Positions 1 to 8,211 of a DNA stretch of 20,000 nt are shown here, piece after piece. The position numbers and the translations under genes are program-made. This stretch comes from Savitreella phatthalungensis (taxonomy: Eukaryota), in assembly GCA_051599415.1 (NCBI GenBank), contig AP039708.1, forward strand, positions 241,420 through 261,419, written 5' to 3'. The notes beneath the pieces are model-generated. The model saw nothing but the letters and a program-made list of their open reading frames with translations, made no database searches and had not been told where the DNA came from. Numbering within the stretch: the first letter of the stretch is position 1; each line of letters opens with the position of its first letter.

Positions 1-799
1 CTGTCGTCCTCTCACGATTGGCGCTGAGCTGCGACTGAGCGATTGCAAGGGGCGAGTACCCGAACGGCAAGCCGTTGTTGAAAGTCGGCGTCACTCGGCT
101 CTGCTGGATGGCGGCGATAGCCTGCAATCGCTGCATGTCGTCCATGACAACGCTGCAGAGCACCCTCCCATCAGCCACGCTCAGCTTGAGCGGGTCTGAA
201 ATGGGGAATACTGTACCGCCACGCACCACGGTCAGACGAGGCGAAGCAGAAAGACCCGAAGAAACGGACGACAAAAGAGACTGTCCTGCGCCAAGAATTT
301 GGCCCCCGAGAGCACTTGCGAGTGCAGACAATCCACGCGGCAGGAGGTCGCGAAGCGCGCTCAGCCCGCTGAAAGCGCTTTGTGACGGCAGCATGAAGCC
401 GGTACGCGGTGCAGACGTCGTTGCTGGCTGTAAGATTGGCGTCGTACTCGCCTGTCCGACGTTCGAGCTCGGACTCGCACTCGGGCCCAGGATCGAGACC
501 ATGTTTGGACTGGAATTTGCAGGTGTACCCGAACTCGGATTCGGGGAAGTACTTGCCTGGAGGATGCTTTGTATCTGGGGATCCGTATCCTGCCTAGCGA
601 TGGCGCTGGCAGCAGCGAGAATCGCAGGATCGCTTCCGATAGAGCCAGATTGCGCAGGGTTGGCCGGAATCTGCGAGCCAGCTGGCGCAGCGATGATCGG
701 TACCTGCGGGCGGAACCCATTGTTGTAGCCAGACTCGATCGATGGTCCGAAGGATTGCGCCCTCGCCACCACGACGCTGACCAGCAGCGCGAGCAACAT
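1..799 (-). CDS. Putative secreted Ser/Thr/Pro-rich protein, 3'-truncated by the window edge
   Basis: Manual translation from ATG at 799 gives MLLALLVSVVVARA|QSFGPSIESGYNNGFRPQVPIIAAPAGSQ...; the frame stays open for 266 codons to position 1. It has a signal-peptide-like N-terminus with an A-x-A site and an in-frame stop upstream of the ATG. A TAAATATAA element lies ~30 nt upstream. Absent from the ORF track because there is no stop in the window. Confidence 0.75.
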   Translation of the reverse strand, partial: MLLALLVSVVVARAQSFGPSIESGYNNGFRPQVPIIAAPAGSQIPANPAQSGSIGSDPAILAAASAIARQDTDPQIQSILQASTSPNPSSGTPANSSPNMVSILGPSASPSSNVGQASTTPILQPATTSAPRTGFMLPSQSAFSGLSALRDLLPRGLSALASALGGQILGAGQSLLSSVSSGLSASPRLTVVRGGTVFPISDPLKLSVADGRVLCSVVMDDMQRLQAIAAIQQSRVTPTFNNGLPFGYSPLAIAQSQLSANRERTT

Positions 800-1027
800 G
801 ACCGCTTGCCAGCAGACTCCCGGACACTTATATTTACGATGTACAGCGGCTGCGGCTACGGGCGGAGTCTCGACATGTTCAAAACCCCTAACGTCGTGAA
901 ACCCGGCAGATCGTCTTCAATGACACACTCACGTGGGCGTCTCGATTAGACGACTATGGTTCGCAGATGAACATCCGCAGAAAGAAGTTCTCGCGACGAT
1001 TCCAGTTCCCTTCCACTATCGGGCGGG

Positions 1028-1390
1028 ATGCGTATGGATGGATACAGCAGAGTAAGCATCGCCGGAGAGTTGGAAGAGGAGCCAGTGGAACGCGCTGCAA
1101 CAGATTACGAAAATCCGCCTCCAGTTACATCAGCGGCCGTCGTCTCAATAGACGATCGCGCTGTCAGACAACGCACCAACAGTACCGCATCCTACTACGA
1201 GCTCCGGCCGAGCACTGTCTCAACCAGTCACGTTGATGAGGAAGATGCGATTGATAAAGCGTTCAGGGCTAGCGCATGGTTCTGGTTCAAGCTCGGGGCC
1301 TTCATCCTCTGTATGATACTGTCGATGATGGCCGTCGCAGGGGCGGTCGTCCTCTTTGCCTTTGTCATCGCCAGTCTGGCAGACAAGTAG
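1028..1390 (+). CDS. Small hypothetical membrane protein (hydrophilic N-terminus, long C-terminal hydrophobic segment)
   Basis: 120-aa ORF filling the gap between two genes. It has an acidic/polar N-terminus and C-terminal WFWFKLGAFILCMILSMMAVAGAVVLFAFVIASL. No family recognised; the start may be ATG 1028 or 1034. Confidence 0.55.
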   Translation: MRMDGYSRVSIAGELEEEPVERAATDYENPPPVTSAAVVSIDDRAVRQRTNSTASYYELRPSTVSTSHVDEEDAIDKAFRASAWFWFKLGAFILCMILSMMAVAGAVVLFAFVIASLADK

Positions 1391-1533
1391 AGAGAATATC
1401 TCTTCCCCACCTATCACCAGCTATCGCAGAGACAGGTTAAAGATTGATCGGTTCCAATGACATAATTCAATAAGAAAGTGTGAACAAAATCCTTGTCCAC
1501 GTCCTTATCCCCGCGTGTCCGGGCGAGGTTCCA

Positions 1534-3267
1534 ATGCCAGCAATCACAGCGTTCTTTAAGTCGGACGGGAAGAACACGTCGCTGACCAAGCGCAAGCGTG
1601 CTGACGATGATCGTAAGGTCAAGAAAGAGCCGAAGCTTGAAGGATCAAGTGGTTTCGACGTCCCCAATCCATTTGAGGACGATGACGACAAGGAGGAAGC
1701 TTTCCGAGCAGCATGGCGAGAAGCGGGCTTCGAAGACGTCAAGCAGAAGCGCACGACAAGTCAGCGCCACGTCATGTGGTTCAAAAGCGATTTGAGAATC
1801 CTGGACAATCGTGCGCTGACGGCCGCGGCGGAGAGCGATGATTCTGCCGTCCTGGCAATCTACGTACTTTGTCCGGGCGAGTGGGAGAATCATCATGTAT
1901 CCCATGCAAAGGCTGACTTCGTATTTCGCAACCTTTCAGACCTGGGTGACAGACTCGAGAGCGAGCTCGGCATTCCTCTTGTCGTCCTGAACGCTGCACG
2001 TCCGCGAGATATCCCGCCGACAATCGAGAAGTTCTGCAAGCAGCACGAGATCAACAGGCTTTTCTTCAATCGTGAGTACGAGGTGAATGAAAGGGCGAGG
2101 GATCGGCGAGTGACAGAGGAACTGGAGCGCGTCGGCGTGCAGGTCGACAGCTTCGAAGATCAGAATGTCATGCCGCCAGCCGAGCTCCTCTCTCCAAAAG
2201 GCAAACCCTACACTGTCTACTCTCCATATCAGCGTGCTTGGCTGGCCAAGGTGGCAGGCAATCCAGACAAATACCTGACGATAGCGAGCTTGCCACGGCG
2301 CAATCCACCGGATACGAAGCTGCCGCTGCGCACCGTGCTCACTACGATAGAAAATCCGCGGCCCCTCAGAGACGGCGAGCAGGGTGTTCCGGCCCTCTTT
2401 CCTGCAGGAGAGGTCGAGGCGCATCACAGGTTGTATCTCTTCCGCGCGGGCGAAATGAAGAACTACGTCGAGGGACGAAACATCCCAAGCAACAGCGGCA
2501 CGTCCAAACTATCTGCCTACCTTTCTAATGGAGTCATCTCGCTTCGGCACTGTACTCTTGCAAGTCTCAACGGCACTTCCCCAAAACGCATTGGAAGCAT
2601 CCAGGCGGGCCACGCGCGTTGGTTGTCGGAGCTCATCTGGCGCGACTTCTACCGGATGATCATGTACAGCTTCCCGCAGGTGTGCAAGTACAAGCCATAC
2701 AGAGCCGAGGCAGCATGCATCAAGTGGCGGGAAGGTCCCGAAGCAGACGCGGACTTTCAACGGTGGGTGGATGGCAAGACGGGTTACCCGCTCGTAGATG
2801 CAGCTATGCGCCAAATGGACAAGACATGCTACATGCACAATCGTTGCAGGATGAATGTGGCCTCGTTCCTGTGCAAGCACCTGATGATCGACTGGCGGCG
2901 CGGCGAGAAGTATTTTTCCGAGAAGCTGATCGACGCAGACCTCGCCTCGAACAACGGCGGCTGGCAATGGACCGCTTCAAGTGGCACAGACCCGCAGCCT
3001 TACTTCCGTGTCTTCGCACCGACGCTTCAGTCGGAGAAGTTCGACCCTGCTGGAGACTACATCCGCTACTGGATTCCGGAGCTCAAGCATTGTCCCCCTG
3101 CGAAGATGGCAATTCACGAGCCTTGGACTCGCTGGGGCAAGGCAGAGTGTACGAAAGCAGGATACCCGGCGCCTATGGTGGACCACAAGGCTGCAAGGCA
3201 GCGATGTCTGACGGAGTACAAGCGTGCATTCGACGAGTATAAGTTTGGCAGTTATGAGTACGAGTAG
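1534..3267 (+). CDS. PHR1: Class I CPD deoxyribodipyrimidine photolyase
   Basis: Motifs WFKSDLRILDNRAL, NREYEVNERARD (MTHF-binding Glu region), TSKLSAYL, ELIWRDFY, GKTGYPLVDAAMRQ, MHNRCRM, IDWRRGEKYF, DADLASNNGGWQW and QSEKFDP. Trp-triad equivalents are present. The first ATG is at 1534 (the track starts at a GTG). Confidence 0.95.
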   Translation: MPAITAFFKSDGKNTSLTKRKRADDDRKVKKEPKLEGSSGFDVPNPFEDDDDKEEAFRAAWREAGFEDVKQKRTTSQRHVMWFKSDLRILDNRALTAAAESDDSAVLAIYVLCPGEWENHHVSHAKADFVFRNLSDLGDRLESELGIPLVVLNAARPRDIPPTIEKFCKQHEINRLFFNREYEVNERARDRRVTEELERVGVQVDSFEDQNVMPPAELLSPKGKPYTVYSPYQRAWLAKVAGNPDKYLTIASLPRRNPPDTKLPLRTVLTTIENPRPLRDGEQGVPALFPAGEVEAHHRLYLFRAGEMKNYVEGRNIPSNSGTSKLSAYLSNGVISLRHCTLASLNGTSPKRIGSIQAGHARWLSELIWRDFYRMIMYSFPQVCKYKPYRAEAACIKWREGPEADADFQRWVDGKTGYPLVDAAMRQMDKTCYMHNRCRMNVASFLCKHLMIDWRRGEKYFSEKLIDADLASNNGGWQWTASSGTDPQPYFRVFAPTLQSEKFDPAGDYIRYWIPELKHCPPAKMAIHEPWTRWGKAECTKAGYPAPMVDHKAARQRCLTEYKRAFDEYKFGSYEYE

Positions 3268-3300
3268 CGTGTCATTAAGAGTAAATAATGACGACACCGG

Positions 3301-4474
3301 ATGTCCGAGGACGACGACTACTTTGGCGAGGACGATGAGGAAGGTTGGCTCGCCCTCGAAGGTAGGTACACTCCCGTGGGCAAGGCAGCGGCTGACGACA
3401 GACCTGCTGCGCAGGCATAGAGGAACGTTGTCACGCGATGATGTCCAACAACTCGATCAAACACGCGCGTCCCTCGGCAAGGCTCCCTTTGAGCGATTCC
3501 GGCGGCAAGATAGACTCAGCGTGACAGATGTCGTGTCCCCGCTCTGGTGTGAGGCGCAATTCCAGTACGCGCTTGAGGCCACCGGCCGTAGACGACGCAC
3601 CGAGGCCATGAAAGTCGGCTCAAGGATCCACGACGAGCTCGAGCGCGAAATCCACCTGCCAGTCGTCATCGAGCGGAGCGAGGAGATCGAGGAGGAAAGA
3701 TGGGGACTGATCCTCTTGAATGGTATCATCCGCTGCGACGAGCTCCTAAGGACGGGCGTGACGCGCGAACTTTCCGTCTGGGGACGCGTACGCGGCACGC
3801 GCGTCACAGGCAAGATTGATGAGCTCCGCATCGTGGCAGACGAGTCGCAGGAGCGCAACGCAATGCAGGCCTTCCTTGGACTACCACGCGGACTTCTTGT
3901 CCTGAGTGACACGAAAACGCGGGGCAGCTCAAGACCACCCACGGAGTCTGCACACTTGCAGGCGAAGCTGCAGCTCATGCTGTATCGCAGCCTGCTGGCC
4001 GGCATGCGGGATGAAGGCGTGACTCGGGCCAAAGAGGAAGGCCTCGATGTCGGCAGACCATTCACTGACGCATTCATTGCACAGGCCATGGCGCTGCTGT
4101 CACCGGATGATGCAGACAAGGTGCCTTCCCACAACAGTATCGAGGGATTCTGGCAGCTATTCGAAGTGCATCTGCGACCGTTATGCGAGATGCTACGGCG
4201 TCAGGACGGGCAGGAAGACCTGTCCGTGACGTACCTTCAGCAGTTGACGCGGGAGACTCTCTTCCAGCATAGTTTCTCATTTGATCGCGCGTGGATGGAT
4301 GAGCGCGCGGACAGCGTCATGGCATGGTGGCACGGCACACGGCAGGCTCAGGGCGTTCGTCAAGAGGAGGCCTATAAGTGTTCAATGTGTGACTTTGAGG
4401 CAGGCTGCTCATGGCGGTTACACAAGGTGGAAGAGGCCGCCCAACGTTATCGTACTCGTAGATCAGCATCATAA
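3301..4474 (+). CDS. EXO5: Exonuclease V (Exo5/Dem1 family), two exons: 3301-3361 and 3402-4474
   Basis: Motifs RLSVTDVVSPLWCE, GSRIHDELE, TRELSVWG, GKIDEL, SDTKTR, AKLQLMLY and C-terminal CxxCxxxxxC (four Fe-S Cys including the WCE Cys). The likely N-terminus MSEDDDYFGEDDEEGWLALE joins in frame to DLLRRH after splicing. Confidence 0.9.
3362..3401 (+). other. Spliceosomal intron in EXO5 (40 nt)
   Basis: GTAGGT donor, GCTGAC branch site at 3391-3396, CAG acceptor ending at 3401. Removal restores the frame (61-nt exon 1, codon G|AC = Asp). Confidence 0.8.
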
Positions 4475-4596
4475 TGTACTGTATACTGTATGGGGAAATA
4501 TATACCAACGTGTACACACACACGCTAAGCAACCGCATTGACGTAGACGCATATGTACTCGTGAAAGCGCACGTCAATCCAGCACGTCATAGAAGC

Positions 4597-5250
4597 ATGG
4601 TGGCCCAGGCCTACACAAGTGACCTGCAGCGCGTCTGGCGCCTGGTTCAGGACCTGTCCATTCAGCTGGAGACGAACCAAGAAGAGACTGAGCGGCTGCG
4701 CCGTCTTGTCGAGGCACTAGATACTCCTTCAGGGAGCGATGACAAAGACCTGAAGACCGACCACGATCGCCTATTGAAGGACAATTTGATCCTGCTGGAG
4801 GCAGAGGCAGAGCTCTCGAGCCTGTGTGCGGATCAGGAGCGCGCACTCGAGCGAATTACCGCCCAGATCAGAGAGTACCGGCACAAGCAGGTCCAGGATG
4901 AGCTGCAGCTTCGCAAGGAGCACGCATCACAGATCGCAGAGATGCAGCAACGCGTGACTGCTGCAGAAAATGACAAACTGCAGATGCAGGCGAGCGTACA
5001 TCATCTCGGTGAGATGCTACGCCAGTGCTACGCGACAATGGCCGATGACATGGAGGCGACCGAGATCGAGAACGTTCGGCTGACGAACGAGGTAGCAGCG
5101 CTCAAGCAGGAGCTTGGTCTGTCGTCCGATGCAGAGTTGACGGGGCCAGACGAGGACGAACAGGACAGGATCATAGCCGAGGCAGAGGGCAGGACGATCC
5201 AGGTGATGCCGAAGCTGCCAGCCAGAAGAGCAGCACGAAGGCAGGGCTGA
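4597..5250 (+). CDS. Coiled-coil protein, possibly a Far3/Csc4/SIKE-like STRIPAK subunit
   Basis: From ATG 4597 the protein is 217 aa and heptad-rich. The N-terminal DLQRVWRLVQDLSIQLETNQEETERL resembles the start of Far3-type proteins as I recall it. The family call is inference; the CDS itself is well supported. Confidence 0.65.
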   Translation: MVAQAYTSDLQRVWRLVQDLSIQLETNQEETERLRRLVEALDTPSGSDDKDLKTDHDRLLKDNLILLEAEAELSSLCADQERALERITAQIREYRHKQVQDELQLRKEHASQIAEMQQRVTAAENDKLQMQASVHHLGEMLRQCYATMADDMEATEIENVRLTNEVAALKQELGLSSDAELTGPDEDEQDRIIAEAEGRTIQVMPKLPARRAARRQG

Positions 5251-5362
5251 AGTGGGTCATTGTGAGAAATTATTTACATGTCTACACCGAGTCTAGGGTA
5301 AGTGCTCAGAATCCAAGCGCTACTAGAGCCTAGGCATGGTCTCGGAGGCTGAGACTATCGGA

Positions 5363-7948
5363 TCAGGACGCGAGGGAGCCAGAGCCCAGTTTGCGGACAA
5401 TTTTGCGCGAGCCTTCTCCGGCGACGCGGACACCGCCCTCGGCTTCGAGCATCCGCAATACCTCAGTCAGCTCTTGCGGGTCGACCGTTCGGGATGACTG
5501 CTCCTGCATGAGCCTGGCGAGGTCGATGACGCGTAGTCCTTGTGGGGAGGAAGCTGCCGCGGAAGACTCGACGATGCGGGCGATCTCGCGCCGGAGATCT
5601 TGGCGTGCACGCCGCTGTGCGGCCGATGCGCCGACTTGTATCAGATCGAGGTCGATTTTACCCGTCCGCTTGTCAGTAGCGTACTCCTTGACGGCCGCCT
5701 TGACGAGTCGGACGGCCTCGAGCACGTCGTCGAGCTCGACCTCGTCAGCGAGACGCATTTTGGCGTGTGCTTCCGATAGTCGGATGAGCGACTCGAGCTG
5801 ACGAGTCGTCGCGGTGATGCGACGCTCGCTCGCTCGAGGGTCCTCACCGAGCTTACGCATTGCCACGTATGCCGCAACGAGCTCCTTGCCAGCCTCCTCC
5901 CCGATCACCGGCCGGCACTCTGTACGCGCATAAGAAATGTAGCTCGTAAGCATGTCCACAGGAAGAGTTTCACCGGCGTTCGCGGCAGAATGCGACCGGT
6001 CCTCCAGATACATGCCAACAAGGTGACGAGCGAGCCGACGATCCGCGTTCTCGTCCACCCTGTCGAGCACGAGATAGACGAGGTCGAAACGGGAGAGCAG
6101 GGTTGGTGGCAAATCGATGTTTTGAGGTACAGGCAGCTCCGGATCGTACCTTGATCCGATCGGGTTGGCGGATGCGAGGATGGACGTCCTGGCATTCAAG
6201 GTGGTAATAATGCCGGCCTTTGCGACCGACACGGTCTGCTGCTCCATGACTTCGTGCAAGACCGACCGCGTCGCCTCGGACATCTTGTCGAATTCGTCGA
6301 TGCAGCAGACGCCACCGTCCGAGAGCACGAGCGCGCCAGATTCGAGCACCAGCTGCTTTGTGTCGACGTCCCGAGTCACGTAGGCCGTCAGTCCGACAGC
6401 GGAAGAACCCTTGCCGGACGTGTAGACTCCGCGCGGAGCAATCTTGTTGACATACTGAAGGATTTGTGATTTCGCTGTGGAGGGGTCGCCGCAAAGGAGA
6501 ACGTTGATGTCACCGCGGTAACGTGGTGCGGCGCCGCTCGTGAAGGTCTTGTTCGTGCCGCCGAAGAGCTGAAGGAGGACGCCCTTCTTGACATCGTCAG
6601 ACTCGAAAATTGAAGGGGCGAGCGACCGGGCCAGGAGCTCGTAGCAGTCAGGCCGGGCGCCAATCGCCCGTACTCGTGCGACCTCGTCCTCCGAAAGCTT
6701 GCGCACCTCCTCCGTCGTGTCACTCTGCATGATCTCGTCTGCCAGCGTGGTAACGTCCTGGCCGAGACGCCGGCGGTCGACCTTGGCGACGTGGACGACG
6801 TCGACGTAGGTTTTGAACAGGGTCTTGACGGCACGCATTCGCGGATTCAGCCGGACGGGCACGCTTCGGAAGATACCGGTGACCTCGACGCGGTCACCTG
6901 CTTTGCAAACGTCGACAATCTCATCGTACGCGCACAGCGAGACAGAGTGCGGAGTCTGACCATCCGGAATTGCGTCGGGCGTCTCCTGCAGCTTGACAAT
7001 CTGCTTGTCGCTGAACTCCGAGCGGTTGTGAATGAGAGTCATGGACTCTCTCTGCTCGCACGCTCGTCGCGGGCACTTCGTTGGCTCCATGATGCGTCCG
7101 CGGTCGATCTCGACCGTGATGCTGTGATTACAGACGGAGCAGGTGAAGAAGGCAATTTTCATGTCCGGGATGATCGGTGTCGTACGAATGACGAGGCCCT
7201 TGACGCAGACGAGCTTGTCGATGTCTCCAGGATTCAGATCGCGCATGTTCAAGGAAGTGCCGAGGTTGAAGGGACGAATTTTGTAGATTGCTCGCTCGAC
7301 CTCGCCGACCTCCTCGGCTGTTCCATTCGCGTCTACGGCCATATCGATGAGCACGTCTTTCAAGGTCTGATCGAAGATAGGGATGATCTCCTGAGGGTAG
7401 CGTAGCAATTGACCATGCAGCTTCCGTGTAAGAGGGTAGGCCTGCATGTCTCGTACATCCAGATTCATGTTGGTCAGGCCAAGTATACGCATTGCCTCGA
7501 GCTTCTGCACGTACGGCGTTTCCTCGCCGGTGGTTCCGACAGGCTGACCGTCCATCAGCGACCGGTACTTGCGCTTGAATGATGTGAGGAAAGTGCGGAA
7601 AGAAGCCATGCTCTCTGCGATCGAGACGTTTGTGCCCCAGATGACCCTCACACCGTCCTCGGGCTCAGTCCTGTCGCTCGGCACATTCTGGGAGAGGGGC
7701 AAATCTGATGGCACAGTACGCCTCGGGGTCGATGCGTTCACATCGCCACGTCTGCCTGAAGGAGTGCCCGTATTGCGCAGGGACAAATCACTTTTCAATG
7801 AGCTTGAATTGTAGCGAAGCGGACTGGATGAACGAATCCCTCGCGTGCCAGAAGCCCTTGGCGTTGCATCCAGATCTCTTGTTATACGTTCTGACCGTTC
7901 TGATGAAGGAAAGAACAGCGGTGAAGCTGGTCTTGCTGGTGAAGACAT
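5363..7948 (-). CDS. MCM4: DNA replication licensing factor MCM4 (Cdc21/Cdc54)
   Basis: SP/TP-rich N-tail, VIWGTNVSI, zinc finger CSVC...CPRRAC, Walker A GDPSTAKSQ, IDEFDKM, SRFD arginine finger and ITATTRQLESLIRLSEAHAK. ATG (MSSPARP) at 7948; no intron. Confidence 0.97.
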   Translation of the reverse strand: MSSPARPASPLFFPSSERSERITRDLDATPRASGTRGIRSSSPLRYNSSSLKSDLSLRNTGTPSGRRGDVNASTPRRTVPSDLPLSQNVPSDRTEPEDGVRVIWGTNVSIAESMASFRTFLTSFKRKYRSLMDGQPVGTTGEETPYVQKLEAMRILGLTNMNLDVRDMQAYPLTRKLHGQLLRYPQEIIPIFDQTLKDVLIDMAVDANGTAEEVGEVERAIYKIRPFNLGTSLNMRDLNPGDIDKLVCVKGLVIRTTPIIPDMKIAFFTCSVCNHSITVEIDRGRIMEPTKCPRRACEQRESMTLIHNRSEFSDKQIVKLQETPDAIPDGQTPHSVSLCAYDEIVDVCKAGDRVEVTGIFRSVPVRLNPRMRAVKTLFKTYVDVVHVAKVDRRRLGQDVTTLADEIMQSDTTEEVRKLSEDEVARVRAIGARPDCYELLARSLAPSIFESDDVKKGVLLQLFGGTNKTFTSGAAPRYRGDINVLLCGDPSTAKSQILQYVNKIAPRGVYTSGKGSSAVGLTAYVTRDVDTKQLVLESGALVLSDGGVCCIDEFDKMSEATRSVLHEVMEQQTVSVAKAGIITTLNARTSILASANPIGSRYDPELPVPQNIDLPPTLLSRFDLVYLVLDRVDENADRRLARHLVGMYLEDRSHSAANAGETLPVDMLTSYISYARTECRPVIGEEAGKELVAAYVAMRKLGEDPRASERRITATTRQLESLIRLSEAHAKMRLADEVELDDVLEAVRLVKAAVKEYATDKRTGKIDLDLIQVGASAAQRRARQDLRREIARIVESSAAASSPQGLRVIDLARLMQEQSSRTVDPQELTEVLRMLEAEGGVRVAGEGSRKIVRKLGSGSLAS

Positions 7949-8015
7949 TCTTCTCGATCGAGTAGATCGGAATGAGTGCCTTGGATGATGTGATGTGAAG
8001 AATGGGTCGTCAGTT

Positions 8016-8090
8016 GCGCGTCTTTGGATGGATGTACGAATTAGCAGGCGCGTACTGACACTAAATTCGTGCAACGATTAAATTCGCGTC
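8016..8090 (-). promoter_or_regulatory. Three MCB-like (ACGCG) elements upstream of MCM4
   Basis: CGCGT at 8017, 8049 and 8085, all in the same orientation; the third reads GACGCGAA on the minus strand. They lie 70-140 nt upstream of a replication gene. Caveat: the background is CpG-rich. Confidence 0.4.
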
Positions 8091-8096
8091 ACTCAA

Positions 8097-8136
8097 GATT
8101 GATCGATCGATCGATTGATTGATTGATTGATTGATC
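8097..8136. repeat. (GATY)10 tetranucleotide microsatellite
   Basis: gatt gatc gatc gatc gatt gatt gatt gatt gatt gatc, in the divergent MCM4/JmjC intergenic region. Confidence 0.9.
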
Positions 8137-8211
8137 AGGGCAGAACACACTGGTGACAGTCTATAGTATGTCAGAGTGACAGGGTCGGCGGTCTTAGTCA
8201 AAGGACATGGC

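Noticed and set aside
75..728. 217-aa + strand ORF
   Set aside because: Non-ATG start; it is the antisense shadow of the minus-strand signal-peptide gene starting at 799.
2990..3030. Photolyase FRVFAP in place of the usual FRIFNP, suggesting a cryptochrome-like shift
   Set aside because: The Trp triad, the flavin-proximal Asn and CPD-pocket Trp/Met residues are intact; one substitution is not enough evidence.
3224..3300. Apparent overlap of the EXO5 ORF with the photolyase 3' end
   Set aside because: The ORF-track start is a GTG upstream of the intron; the spliced model from ATG 3301 removes the overlap.
4474..4596. TAATG stop-start overlap suggesting translational coupling of EXO5 and the next ORF
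   Set aside because: The 41-aa extension is AT-rich and looks like a 3' UTR (tatgta/tata-type signals); ATG 4597 is the more plausible start. It cannot be fully excluded.
5391..7405. Long antisense ORFs within MCM4 (and similarly within PRO2, EXO5 and PRM10)
   Set aside because: Expected by-products of GC-rich codon bias; no independent motifs.
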